From a virus: DNA of 64,000 nucleotides. Of the stretch, positions 42,218-52,393 are shown piece after piece (within the stretch, counting starts at the first letter, position 1; the number at the start of each line of letters is the position of its first letter). Made by a program: the position numbers and the translations under genes. The DNA lies in IMG/VR virus record IMGVR_UViG_3300042923_000502, positions 96,001 to 160,000 of that record. One strand, written 5' to 3'. The notes beneath the pieces were generated by a model. It saw only the letters and a list, made by a program, of their open reading frames with translations, did no database searches and was not told the DNA's origin.

Positions 42218-45200
42218 TTAGAAAACAACCTTTTCTTTAAATGATCCTTGGACAATTAATTTTTCCTTGTTTTGTTTGACCTTGTTTTTATAAATAGCAT
42301 CAAGTTCATTATCAGTAAATGCTCTTTTTGCAATAATTAAGTCTTTGTAATAAGTATTAGGAGAATTACTATTGTCAAACCCGCCAAGCGTAAGATCATA
42401 TCCATATTGTGTAACAAATGCATTGCCAGCTATTGCAGATGAAACATCTACTGATCTAACATGAGTATTTGTCCCTATTCTTTCCTTTATTGTTACAATG
42501 TTGCCATTTCTTACAACTGATACCATATGATAGTTTCCGAAATAAACATTTGGATCAATAGCACTTGGAGTTGAAGTAAATATTGTATTTGCTCCTGAAT
42601 CTTTTCCCCAAAATAAATATCCTCCACCCACACTATTTCCATTACATCCTATACTTTCAAGATTATATCCAGTCAAGTTGTTAGTATGAGTTCCCATTGG
42701 TTTTTTCCAATAAACAATAGACCAAACACTATTCCATTGTAATCCATAGTCTCTATAGAGATTAAATTCTAATGAGTTATAATTCCTTGTACCATTTACA
42801 AAAGGAGTTAGGAACGCTCTAGTTTCGACTTGAACGTTGTCAATCCACAATGTACCAGTTGCACCATTATAACCATATGCATATACAGACACATCAGCGG
42901 TTAAGTCCCAATTACTTGTAATTGTATATGTGTACGAAACTCTTTCCCATGTGTCGATTTTTGATACACTATAGTACCCTAATGCACCTTCAAAATCGTA
43001 TCCTCCACCATTCAATTTATGATATAGTCCAACTTGACCGCCTTTGTTTAATACATTTGATTTGTGATACCATGAAATTGTCACTGTTGTTCCAACTCCC
43101 CATCCTAGTGAATTAGGAGTTCCAATTGATTTACTCATACCAAGCCATCTGTGAGGTACACCATATACTTCATTTTCATCAATAAATTTCATACATGGGT
43201 CATTGTTAATTCCTTCATAGACCCATTGACCATGATATCCAATAGCTGGAGAAGGAACACCACCATTGTAACCTTGTGACCATCCATCAACAGATATTGC
43301 ATTAGGATGTAATGATGCATCCCAACCAGGATTGTATCCAGAAGAACCAGTTGTTGGGTTAGTAACAATATTTACTGTTGTTACTCCAACCCATGCACCA
43401 TCTTTGTCTATTGAATTGATATTATATTCAGATGCACTTATATTCTTATCAATTGTCAATGCATCACCCTTCAAGGGGAAATATATTGAATCACTTGGCA
43501 AATATGGTTTTTCATTTAATTTCAAGGCATACACAGAACCATTAGGTCTTACATCGAATTTATTTTTAACCAACAAATCTACTTCTTTGTCCGTTAATGC
43601 CTTATTGTAAACTGAAAAATTACTATAAACGGCATTAAAATTACCAGAAAATACAATAAGGTCAGGAGAAAAATTTGCCAATGAATTATTGATAGATGTG
43701 TCTATTGTCCCTTTTGCATGTCCAGAATTTGTAAAATGATGCCTAGTCCATGTAGAACCACTTTTTGTTAATACAAACCAACAATCGTAATCTTCAAGAA
43801 AGTCAACTCCCATGTGCCAATGCCACCAATTAGCTTGAGTAGAACTTACAAAGCTATCAAATCCCATCCATGGTTGACTAGATGTACCTAAAGCTGTAAG
43901 AGGTTTATAATCTTCAAGCCAAGTGCTCAATTGGCTATTTTTATCTTTAAGGTTAAATATTCTTCTTCCAATGTTATCTGATGATATTCTAGACCAACTT
44001 GCATCTGGCTTCATTTTAAAAGCAATTGTCCATTCACTTCCTAAATTAAGAGGTATAGACATCTCTCCATAACTCATTGTTCCATTAACAAAAGAAGTTG
44101 AATAATTCTTATTTTCAAGTTGTAAATTTCTTGCATATGACTTGCCAGTTGATCCGCTATTCATATGATAAACAGCAACCATAACGGTTTTCCCAGTTGG
44201 ATTCGGCATATCAAAAGTAGCCTTCTTCTTTGTCCAATCAAGTGAAGAAATAGGAATAGTGTAAGCCCATGTCCAATCTGTAAAATAAATATACATAACT
44301 GGATAACCTACGCCATTTTGATCATTTTTACCTTCAAATTGCATAGAATAAGTTCCACCTGTGGGAGTTAATTCCTTAACTCTAGCGCTAACATCTCTGT
44401 ACGTGAATGGATAACCTGTTCCGCTATACTCTGCGTCCGCTTTGTACCCGCTTGTAACAAGAATGTTTTCTTTGGATTGTTCAATTGCTACACCACTTCC
44501 ATCTGAAAGTAGAGTTGTATTCGATTCACTTCCAACGTAAGCATTATCATCTACCCCAAGCAACAGGTCTTGAATTGTAGATTCAGTTCCATCACACACT
44601 TCCATACGTGGTCTAATCCAATACACTCTTTCGGTTGTTGATGTAGAGTAGAATAAATAAGTTCTATGACCGCCAACAGTTGCAGTTGACATCCATTTGA
44701 AGTTAGTTACGGAAGCAACTCTTTTTCCAGAAGTGTTGTATACTCCCGAAGTAGTTTCGCTTACTCCTGAGTAGTCATAAGGATAAATATATGCAACCAT
44801 CAGTACATAATTATCATTAATATCTGTAAGAGAAAGTCCTGATGCAAAAATTGCAAAATATGGATTGTCATTTGCAGTGGTTGATCCAAGATTACTAACT
44901 GTATTTCCTTGACATCCAAAGTATATTGTACCATTTCCAACATTTTCTCTTTTAACCCATACGCTTAATCTATACTTTTTCGTTTTATCAATTGATTTAT
45001 TATAAACGTTCCATCCACCATCTCCATCACTTACAGCATCATTGCTTAAAGCTGCCCAAGTTGGCTCCTTGTATCCCCAAGGATTTTCATGCATGATAAT
45101 AGTATTTATATCCGCAGAGCTACTTCCGTTTAACGAAAAGTTTCCTTGACTGCCACTTGTGCCTAATTTCCATTGCGATGTGTCAAGCAAATTTCTATTT

Positions 45201-45328
45201 TGTTTGCCAATATGAGTCCCATCAAATGGATGATTTTTTACAAGTCCACTTTGAATACTTGGCGTTCTTTCATTTAAAATTCCACTAACTAACAAGTCAC
45301 TCTTCTTTAATCTTCCTACAACTGCCAC
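42218..45328 (-). CDS. minor tail protein with carbohydrate-binding / LamG-like domains
   Basis: Repeated beta-sandwich modules (QLE..YSTSFVNGT, QVE..FLTPFVNGT; YNKALTDKE, KRAFTDNE). Confidence 0.65.
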   Translation of the reverse strand: MAVVGRLKKSDLLVSGILNERTPSIQSGLVKNHPFDGTHIGKQNRNLLDTSQWKLGTSGSQGNFSLNGSSSADINTIIMHENPWGYKEPTWAALSNDAVSDGDGGWNVYNKSIDKTKKYRLSVWVKRENVGNGTIYFGCQGNTVSNLGSTTANDNPYFAIFASGLSLTDINDNYVLMVAYIYPYDYSGVSETTSGVYNTSGKRVASVTNFKWMSTATVGGHRTYLFYSTSTTERVYWIRPRMEVCDGTESTIQDLLLGVDDNAYVGSESNTTLLSDGSGVAIEQSKENILVTSGYKADAEYSGTGYPFTYRDVSARVKELTPTGGTYSMQFEGKNDQNGVGYPVMYIYFTDWTWAYTIPISSLDWTKKKATFDMPNPTGKTVMVAVYHMNSGSTGKSYARNLQLENKNYSTSFVNGTMSYGEMSIPLNLGSEWTIAFKMKPDASWSRISSDNIGRRIFNLKDKNSQLSTWLEDYKPLTALGTSSQPWMGFDSFVSSTQANWWHWHMGVDFLEDYDCWFVLTKSGSTWTRHHFTNSGHAKGTIDTSINNSLANFSPDLIVFSGNFNAVYSNFSVYNKALTDKEVDLLVKNKFDVRPNGSVYALKLNEKPYLPSDSIYFPLKGDALTIDKNISASEYNINSIDKDGAWVGVTTVNIVTNPTTGSSGYNPGWDASLHPNAISVDGWSQGYNGGVPSPAIGYHGQWVYEGINNDPCMKFIDENEVYGVPHRWLGMSKSIGTPNSLGWGVGTTVTISWYHKSNVLNKGGQVGLYHKLNGGGYDFEGALGYYSVSKIDTWERVSYTYTITSNWDLTADVSVYAYGYNGATGTLWIDNVQVETRAFLTPFVNGTRNYNSLEFNLYRDYGLQWNSVWSIVYWKKPMGTHTNNLTGYNLESIGCNGNSVGGGYLFWGKDSGANTIFTSTPSAIDPNVYFGNYHMVSVVRNGNIVTIKERIGTNTHVRSVDVSSAIAGNAFVTQYGYDLTLGGFDNSNSPNTYYKDLIIAKRAFTDNELDAIYKNKVKQNKEKLIVQGSFKEKVVF

Positions 45329-45393
45329 TCATTTTCCTCCTTGTCTAATTATAAAGTAGAGGGAAGAAAACTTCCCTCTTTTGTTAGTTTATT

Positions 45394-48300
45394 TTATCCA
45401 TATATGAAATCTAAGCTATCTTCCGTTGCATTGTATTGAATCGAATAATTCCCAGATTTAAATATTGGAGATGTTATTTTTGTCAAGATTGTTGTATTGC
45501 CTATTCCATCATCCAAAACATTGTTGTAAGTTCTTATCTCTCCGGATGTTCCATTTAGACCAGTAAGCCATAATGGAGCAGAAGCTGTTCTCGCATTGTT
45601 TGATCCTTGTAAATATGCGCCAGTAGTTGTTCCAGTGATTCTTATTGTCGCATTTCCAGTTCCTGGTAAACCTCCTATATAAGAAGTTCCTGCTGCTTCT
45701 ATTCCAGCGAATGTAGGAGCTGCTGTAGTTCTTAAATCTTGGTTAAATTGATATCCATCAACCATATCAGCATTAAGATTGGTAACTACGGTTGTAGAAG
45801 ATACGGCAAAAGGAGCGCCTGACGCTCTGGTAAATGTAGTTAAACCATCTGTTCCAATAATAATATGATTAGTTCCAGCTCCTGAATCCAATGCTGTGCC
45901 AAGTTTCAACATTCCACTTTGGAATGAAACGTATCCTTGTTTTGCATTCGCCGCACTTCCAGTGCTATAAAGATACAATATTGCATCATTAGCATTTTGA
46001 ATAGTTGCTTTATTACTACTAAGTGTAATATTTGTAGCACTTAAAGACATTCCACTTATTGTCGTTCCTGTTCGTTCAATACTTAAAGCAGTTGATCCAG
46101 TTCCACCACCATCTGTGATAGTTCTTATCTCGAATTTTTTTGCATCTGGAACTATCCACCATTTCTTTTCGTTTGTTCCTTGATCAGTTTCATTTAATTC
46201 TATAACTGGAGCTACGCTTGACATATATAATGCACCAGTTAAGCCCATACTTACAAAGTTAGGAGAGGAAGTTGAAAGCAACGCTTGGTTAAAGTGATAA
46301 CCATCAACCATGTCAGCATCTAATCCGCCACCTGTGCCCATATTTTCTTCTGTCCATATCTTGTACCACGAAGAATATGTTCCACTTCCTCCAGCTTCCG
46401 TTGGATTTCCTCTTCTGTACATCGGACCATTTGCTTTAATATACGGGAAAATTACTTGCGCTATAGTGTCACTACTAGGAGCGCGAAGAACAAGAGTTTG
46501 ACCATAGTAATAACCAGTTCCTGGTAAATTACTCATTCCAGAAGCTTGCATTCTATATACACCAGAGGTCACTAAATTATTGACATTTTCAGTTGCTGTA
46601 ACCATTTCTGCTCGCATATAATTGCTTCCATGCACTCCATCTAACATATCAGCGTTTAAATTGTCTACTCTTGTAGTAGATGATACTTGTAAAGGAGAAG
46701 TTCCAGTAGCTACATTAGAAACAAATTTTGTTGCACCAACATATCCGTATACATCTAACTCGTAAATTGGATTTAATTTCTTTATTCCAGTGAATCCATT
46801 AGGAAGAACGTAAATGCCCAATCCATTTGCCCAAGGACTATCTCCATGAGCCATATATAGATTATTTATTGTTACGGCTCCAGATGTACTATTTCCATAC
46901 ATTCCGAAACCACCATAAGAAGCTGATCTATCGTAGTTCTGGAAATAAAATCCTCTAGCATATCCTCCAGTTCCTTGAGTTGGCAATGCATAATTTAAAT
47001 TTGTTTGGTCAAGTAAAAATGTACTTCCTGAACCTCCACCAACTGTCATTCCCCAAAATTTAGGAGCTGCTGTTGTTCTAACATCTTGATCAAGGTGATA
47101 ACCATCAACCATGTCGGCATTTAAATTAGTAATTAAAACACCAGTTCCACTACCATTGCCAATCTCTGAAAATGTCAAGGTAGAGTTGACCCAAGATGTA
47201 CCATTAAATCTTAACACTTGATTGCTTGATGGACTTGTTATTGTAGTATCAGACAATCCAACTAAAGTCGGAGTTGCCCAAACTGCTACGCCGCTTGCAC
47301 TATATTTTAAGAAGTTATTAACGGCTCCACCCGTTGGGATATGATTGTTTCCAGCACCAGTTGGATGTGTATAAACAACGGTTTGCACACCATCAATCAA
47401 GATGTTTCCATTTGTTCCAGAAGCAGTAGTCTTGTTTGCTTGAGCACTAATAGCCGAAAGCTTATTGAAGTCAGCAATAGACATCTTACCATCCGTGGAT
47501 GCAGATGCATTTGGAATTGCATTAGCAGAAATCGCCACCCACGCAGAACCAGTATAGCGATATGTATAATCCGTATCATTTACGTTTACAGTCCATCCAT
47601 CTTGTGGATTTGGATATGTCGTTGCTATCGCTGCATAGTTTGCTACAGAAGCTTTCCATTGGATGCTTGATGTAGCTTGACTAATGAGCGTATCAACTTC
47701 TGATTTTGTATACTTATCGTTCCACAACGCTTTAAGTGACGCATTTAGTGACAAGTCAGGATTTTGAACTGTTCCAGCAATAATTATGTCAGAATTTGCA
47801 GAGGTAAGTCCAACAACGGAACCTAAACCATCATTACCTTTTTGTGCAATTAGTTGCCAAAATCCAGTGTCAGTAGGAACTTTATTTAATGCTTGTGCTA
47901 TACACATATAACTTGAACCATTGTAAGTTACAATATTGTTTGGATAATATGTTGTAGAAGCATTGTATGTTCCTTTTGCTGACGTTCTGCTTGCAACCGT
48001 ATTTGCATTTGTAGCTGCCGTGTTAGCAGCATCTCTTGCGGTATTGGCATTCGTAGTCGCCGTATTTGCGTTTGAAGTTGCCGTATCAGCATTTTGTTTC
48101 GCGGTATTCGCCGCACTAGCTGCTGTATTTGCTGCATCTTTTGCTAGGTTTGCATTTGTAGTTGCTGTATCCGCATTTGTTTTAGCTAAATTAGCTGCAT
48201 CTCTAGCTGCATTTGCTTGAGTTGTTGCTGTTTTTGCTGCATCGCCTTGAGCTTTGGCGTAATCTCCTTGTGTTTGTGCGTAATCAGCTTTATCATTAGC

Positions 48301-49911
48301 ATTAGAAGCTGCCGTGTCTGCATTTGTTTTAGCCAAATTAGCTGCGTCTCTTGCTGCGTTTGCTTGAGTTGTTGCCGTATTTGCATTGGTAGTTGCAGTA
48401 TTAGCATTATCCCTTGCCGTATTAGCTTGAGTAGTGGCGGTATTTGCATTCGTTGTTGCAGTAGTCGCTGATGTTATAATTGCTGAAATATCAATTATTG
48501 GACTCCAATTCGCTACCGTTGACAATGCAATATTAACTGTTCCATCTTTAATACATACATACATCTTTTGACCAGTAGTATCGACAATAAAGTCGCCATA
48601 TTGATACACTGTTCCATTCGAATAAGTTCCTTTCCAATTGAAAGCAACAATTTTTCTCCAATAGGTTGTATTAGTTGGAGCAATTCCAGCGGTTGTTGCC
48701 AATATACACATATACGTACAGCCATTGTAATAAACCATATTTCTAATGGCATACACAGTGGACGCGTTATAATCTCCCTTATGAACAAGAGAATCGCCAA
48801 CATTCTTAGCATAGTCTCCTTGATTTTGTGCATATGTTGCTTTTGTGTCAGCATTTGCTGCAGACGCATTTGCGCTATCTCTTGCCGTATTTGCGTTAGT
48901 AGTTGCTGTATTAGCGGCGTCTCTTGCGGTATTTGCTTGAGATGTAGCTGTATTTGCCAAAGCGGTAGCAGCATCAGCATTTTGTTTTGCCGTATTTGCA
49001 GCATCTCTTGCTGCATTAGCTTGAGTGGTAGCCGTATTTGCATTAGTTGTAGCGGTAATGGTAGCATCTACAACAGATTGAACGCTAATCATTTTATTCC
49101 AATAACTTGTATTGGTTAATAATTGATTTGTGTTTGTTTCGGAAATTGACATATATAAATTATAGTTATTTGCATCTGTTACAAAGTCACCATATGTATA
49201 TGTTGTAGCTGTTGAGTATGTACCCTTCCAAACCATACTTCCGATTTTTTTCCAGTAAGTAGTATTAGTTGGCACAATATTTGTTGAAGCCAAAATTGAC
49301 ATGTATGTAGCACCATTGTAATACACCATATTTCTTGCAACATAAGCAGTAGATGTGGCATACGTTCCTTTAAATACAAGAGCATCACCTGATGCTTTAG
49401 CATAGTCGCCTTGAGCCTTAGCATAGTCTCCCTGTGTCTTTGCATATGCCGCTTGAGTTATAGCTTCTGCTGTTGCCGCTTCTGAATTTGCTATTGTTAT
49501 AAGCAATTGTCTTATACCCTCAAGAGCTTCTTGACCAGCGTCGATTATCTCTTGTAATGTAACCGTTACATCTGGATTACCGTTTCTACCATATATTCTA
49601 GAAGCTGGATATAAAATAAATCCTCTTCCCTTGTAGGTCATGTTTGTTATCGTTGTACCTTCCTTTGAAGGATGGAAGGTAATAATACCGTTTTCATAAT
49701 TAACTATGAACTGATTCGTAGAAGGCGTTCCTTCGTAAATTTCAGTTAATCCACTTATAGATACGTGTGTGAATTCATCTGGAATTTCTGTAAGGACAAC
49801 CATATTGTTTATCACTTTTTGTGATTCTACCTTATCAACATATGGTTCTTCGGCATTGCCTTTTCTCCATACAATACGAATTGGATCATTGTAAATAAAA
49901 TAATTTTCCAC
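45394..49911 (-). CDS. long tail fibre protein
   Basis: KGTY..T.Y....V.YNG repeats, A/T/N heptad coiled coils, four (N)LxADMxDG motifs. Confidence 0.8.
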   Translation of the reverse strand: MENYFIYNDPIRIVWRKGNAEEPYVDKVESQKVINNMVVLTEIPDEFTHVSISGLTEIYEGTPSTNQFIVNYENGIITFHPSKEGTTITNMTYKGRGFILYPASRIYGRNGNPDVTVTLQEIIDAGQEALEGIRQLLITIANSEAATAEAITQAAYAKTQGDYAKAQGDYAKASGDALVFKGTYATSTAYVARNMVYYNGATYMSILASTNIVPTNTTYWKKIGSMVWKGTYSTATTYTYGDFVTDANNYNLYMSISETNTNQLLTNTSYWNKMISVQSVVDATITATTNANTATTQANAARDAANTAKQNADAATALANTATSQANTARDAANTATTNANTARDSANASAANADTKATYAQNQGDYAKNVGDSLVHKGDYNASTVYAIRNMVYYNGCTYMCILATTAGIAPTNTTYWRKIVAFNWKGTYSNGTVYQYGDFIVDTTGQKMYVCIKDGTVNIALSTVANWSPIIDISAIITSATTATTNANTATTQANTARDNANTATTNANTATTQANAARDAANLAKTNADTAASNANDKADYAQTQGDYAKAQGDAAKTATTQANAARDAANLAKTNADTATTNANLAKDAANTAASAANTAKQNADTATSNANTATTNANTARDAANTAATNANTVASRTSAKGTYNASTTYYPNNIVTYNGSSYMCIAQALNKVPTDTGFWQLIAQKGNDGLGSVVGLTSANSDIIIAGTVQNPDLSLNASLKALWNDKYTKSEVDTLISQATSSIQWKASVANYAAIATTYPNPQDGWTVNVNDTDYTYRYTGSAWVAISANAIPNASASTDGKMSIADFNKLSAISAQANKTTASGTNGNILIDGVQTVVYTHPTGAGNNHIPTGGAVNNFLKYSASGVAVWATPTLVGLSDTTITSPSSNQVLRFNGTSWVNSTLTFSEIGNGSGTGVLITNLNADMVDGYHLDQDVRTTAAPKFWGMTVGGGSGSTFLLDQTNLNYALPTQGTGGYARGFYFQNYDRSASYGGFGMYGNSTSGAVTINNLYMAHGDSPWANGLGIYVLPNGFTGIKKLNPIYELDVYGYVGATKFVSNVATGTSPLQVSSTTRVDNLNADMLDGVHGSNYMRAEMVTATENVNNLVTSGVYRMQASGMSNLPGTGYYYGQTLVLRAPSSDTIAQVIFPYIKANGPMYRRGNPTEAGGSGTYSSWYKIWTEENMGTGGGLDADMVDGYHFNQALLSTSSPNFVSMGLTGALYMSSVAPVIELNETDQGTNEKKWWIVPDAKKFEIRTITDGGGTGSTALSIERTGTTISGMSLSATNITLSSNKATIQNANDAILYLYSTGSAANAKQGYVSFQSGMLKLGTALDSGAGTNHIIIGTDGLTTFTRASGAPFAVSSTTVVTNLNADMVDGYQFNQDLRTTAAPTFAGIEAAGTSYIGGLPGTGNATIRITGTTTGAYLQGSNNARTASAPLWLTGLNGTSGEIRTYNNVLDDGIGNTTILTKITSPIFKSGNYSIQYNATEDSLDFIYG

Positions 49912-49939
49912 TAAAAACGAACCTCCTTTTTATAATAAT

Positions 49940-49968
49940 ATTATATCATTTTATCTGACATTTGTCAA
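49940..49968 (-). promoter_or_regulatory. sigmaA promoter of the fibre genes with box
   Basis: Minus strand TTGACA-aatgtcagataaaatga-TATAAT. Confidence 0.85.
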
Positions 49969-49970
49969 GT

Positions 49971-51656
49971 CTAATAAACCGTATTTAAGCAAGCAGTCAA
50001 TCTATTTATTGCATATGCAGTTAGTGGACTACCTTGCGAAACTAAAGCAATTTGACCACCTGTAGAGCCTAGTGCATTTATTGAATTTGCTAATTGATTA
50101 TACAATGCTGCGGTAATCTTATTTCCCTTGGATACACTTGTAAATGATGTTAACCCCAATCCTTTATATGTTCTAAATTGATTTATTCTTGACTGTAAAG
50201 CGTTCCAATCACTAGCTAGAACAACCAAAGTTCCTCCTTGAGTTTTATTTCCACCTGTCCAATTGAAGTCGTCAGGTCTTGCATATTCAATGTAATTAGA
50301 GTAACTTAAACTTGACAGCGATCCCTTTGTTGAATACGCTCTAAATTTGTAGTTTTTAATGTCATTAGATGCTATTGACCACGATACTCCATCTCCACTA
50401 TTAGTGACTGATTTTTGGTCAATATATGTGCCACTTTGATTTAATCTCTCAATAACGATATAATCAAATGTTGTTCCTGACAATCCCGCAGTATAAATTG
50501 AAATAGTACTTCCATTGTAAGAACCGCTAATAGTTGGAGTTTTTGGATTTACTGTAGCATTGCTAATACCTGAGTAATCTGACCAACTATCAATATATGC
50601 TCTCACTCTAAAGTCATACACTAATCCATAAGCAAGACTACCAATAGATGTACTTGATCCAGAAACTTGAACTGTATTCCATACACTATTTATACTTGGC
50701 TTATAATCTAATTGATAAGAAGTAGCTCCAGAGATTGCACTCCAACTTAAAGTAAATCCACCTTCACTTCTCGATATTACAGTTGGGGAAGATGGAATTG
50801 TAGCTAACGTTTTGACGTTAGTTGTCTTAGTAGAATAGTTTCCAGCTACGTCAATAACTCTTACTCCAACCGTATACCATGTATTAGGACTTGCTCCACC
50901 TATGATAAGATTACCGCCAGCAGCATTGTAATCCGTACCTCTTGAAGATAAACTTTCATATGGAAGGTCTGCTCCATATCCTACTGCAATAGTGTATCCG
51001 TTTACTCCACTTCCACCTTGTTCATCAACCGCATTGTAGTTCACCTTAAATGAGTTTTGAGTAACTTCTGAAACACTAATACTTAAATATGGTGGAGTTA
51101 TATCTGGTGGTGCATTTGTAGTTTCATATGTAGAGTTAGTCCCTACATCATTTCCACTTTCAAACCACTTTACAGACAATCCATATGTCGTAGACGCAGT
51201 AAGTCCACTAAATGTATAACTAAAGTCATTACCTCCAGCACCTGAGCCGTAAAACGCTCCATTTAAATACATTTCTACGGAAGAAATAGTTGCTCCAGTT
51301 GTCACCGTTTTACTTACGGTTCCGCTAAAATAAGCGGTTCCAGTAGTTGTTTTAGATGTTATTGTGCCATTTGTTGCTGTCGATGTTGGAGCTGATGGTC
51401 TAGTTCCAATTGAAACACTATCAAGGCTTATTGATCCAGTGTAACCCTCAGTATCCGGACCATATGATCTAGGGTTCGGAGCGTTATGATCCCATCCATT
51501 TTGAACCCAACTATTATTTTGTCTTATCCAATACCATGTTATAGTACAAGGATCATCAACCGAAACACTTTTCGAAGTTGTAGATGAAGATTTTGTTGGG
51601 TAAGAACATGATACTGTAATAGAATTATGAGTTTTGCTTAAAACCGATATTGACAT
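49971..51656 (-). CDS. fibronectin type III domain virion protein
   Basis: GLTASTTY, LSWSAISGATSY, LAYGLVYDFRVRA; C-terminal ASDWNAL. Confidence 0.75.
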   Translation of the reverse strand: MSISVLSKTHNSITVSCSYPTKSSSTTSKSVSVDDPCTITWYWIRQNNSWVQNGWDHNAPNPRSYGPDTEGYTGSISLDSVSIGTRPSAPTSTATNGTITSKTTTGTAYFSGTVSKTVTTGATISSVEMYLNGAFYGSGAGGNDFSYTFSGLTASTTYGLSVKWFESGNDVGTNSTYETTNAPPDITPPYLSISVSEVTQNSFKVNYNAVDEQGGSGVNGYTIAVGYGADLPYESLSSRGTDYNAAGGNLIIGGASPNTWYTVGVRVIDVAGNYSTKTTNVKTLATIPSSPTVISRSEGGFTLSWSAISGATSYQLDYKPSINSVWNTVQVSGSSTSIGSLAYGLVYDFRVRAYIDSWSDYSGISNATVNPKTPTISGSYNGSTISIYTAGLSGTTFDYIVIERLNQSGTYIDQKSVTNSGDGVSWSIASNDIKNYKFRAYSTKGSLSSLSYSNYIEYARPDDFNWTGGNKTQGGTLVVLASDWNALQSRINQFRTYKGLGLTSFTSVSKGNKITAALYNQLANSINALGSTGGQIALVSQGSPLTAYAINRLTACLNTVY

Positions 51657-51700
51657 GCTTATCCTCTCCTTTTACAAATAAATAATAATATAAAAATAAT

Positions 51701-51729
51701 TTGACTGACAAACTTTTTTGTGGTATAAT
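51701..51729 (+). promoter_or_regulatory. sigmaA promoter without the box
   Basis: TTGACT-17-TATAAT with extended TG. Confidence 0.75.
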
Positions 51730-51778
51730 ATGGTTATACCTTGGGAATGATGATATTAAAAACTAAGAGGTGATAAAA

Positions 51779-52351
51779 ATGAAAAAAATTAGCTTTAAAA
51801 GCATCAAAAGTTTTACTATTGGGCTTATCATTGGAGCATCGCTACTTTCAACCGGAAACGTTTTTGCAAATGCTTTAACATTGGAGAAAATACAAGCTTA
51901 CCTCAACTATGATATTTCCATAAAGTACAACGATAAAAATGTAGCTTTGAGCAATCCACCAATCACATATAATGGTAAAACGTATCTACCATTAACGGAT
52001 GTCGGAAAGCTCACAAATACAAGTGTTAAATGGAATCAACAAGAAAGGAGCGTTGAAATGACCACACAAGAACTTAATGAGTTGCCGTTGGATCATCGTG
52101 CAGAATCAACCTATTCTAAATATGGATTCAAAACCGTTTACCTTTTGAATGAAAAAGAATACATTCCAGTAAAAGACATTGTATTAAATAATTTTGGATT
52201 TAACCCCAATATTTCAATTGGGAAATTAGCTCTTATCTCCATTAAAAATGGAGATGAAGTTATTCCAAATGTTGAATACATGTCAATAATGGGTGCATGG
52301 TCTATTGAGTATAATTATTACTTAAATACCATTCTTCCTTTAGACAAATAA
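51779..52351 (+). CDS. secreted stalk-domain (copper amine oxidase N-terminal-like) protein; moron
   Basis: Signal peptide ending NVFA; PITYNGKTYLPL..VG...VKWN. Confidence 0.75.
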   Translation: MKKISFKSIKSFTIGLIIGASLLSTGNVFANALTLEKIQAYLNYDISIKYNDKNVALSNPPITYNGKTYLPLTDVGKLTNTSVKWNQQERSVEMTTQELNELPLDHRAESTYSKYGFKTVYLLNEKEYIPVKDIVLNNFGFNPNISIGKLALISIKNGDEVIPNVEYMSIMGAWSIEYNYYLNTILPLDK

Positions 52352-52354
52352 TTT

Positions 52355-52392
52355 TAAAAAACTCTCTCTTGATATCAAGAGAGAGTTTTTTA
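52355..52392. terminator. bidirectional terminator, perfect 38-bp palindrome
   Basis: TAAAAAACTCTCTCTTGAT|ATCAAGAGAGAGTTTTTTA. Confidence 0.85.
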
Positions 52393-52393
52393 T

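Noticed and set aside
39971-49911. Diversity-generating retroelement or invertible shufflon in the fibre genes
   Set aside because: No reverse transcriptase or invertase, no adenine-specific TR/VR pair; the repeats are short and direct
96-49968. CRISPR array made of the repeated boxes
   Set aside because: Copies are dispersed and degenerate, not regularly spaced, and no cas genes are present
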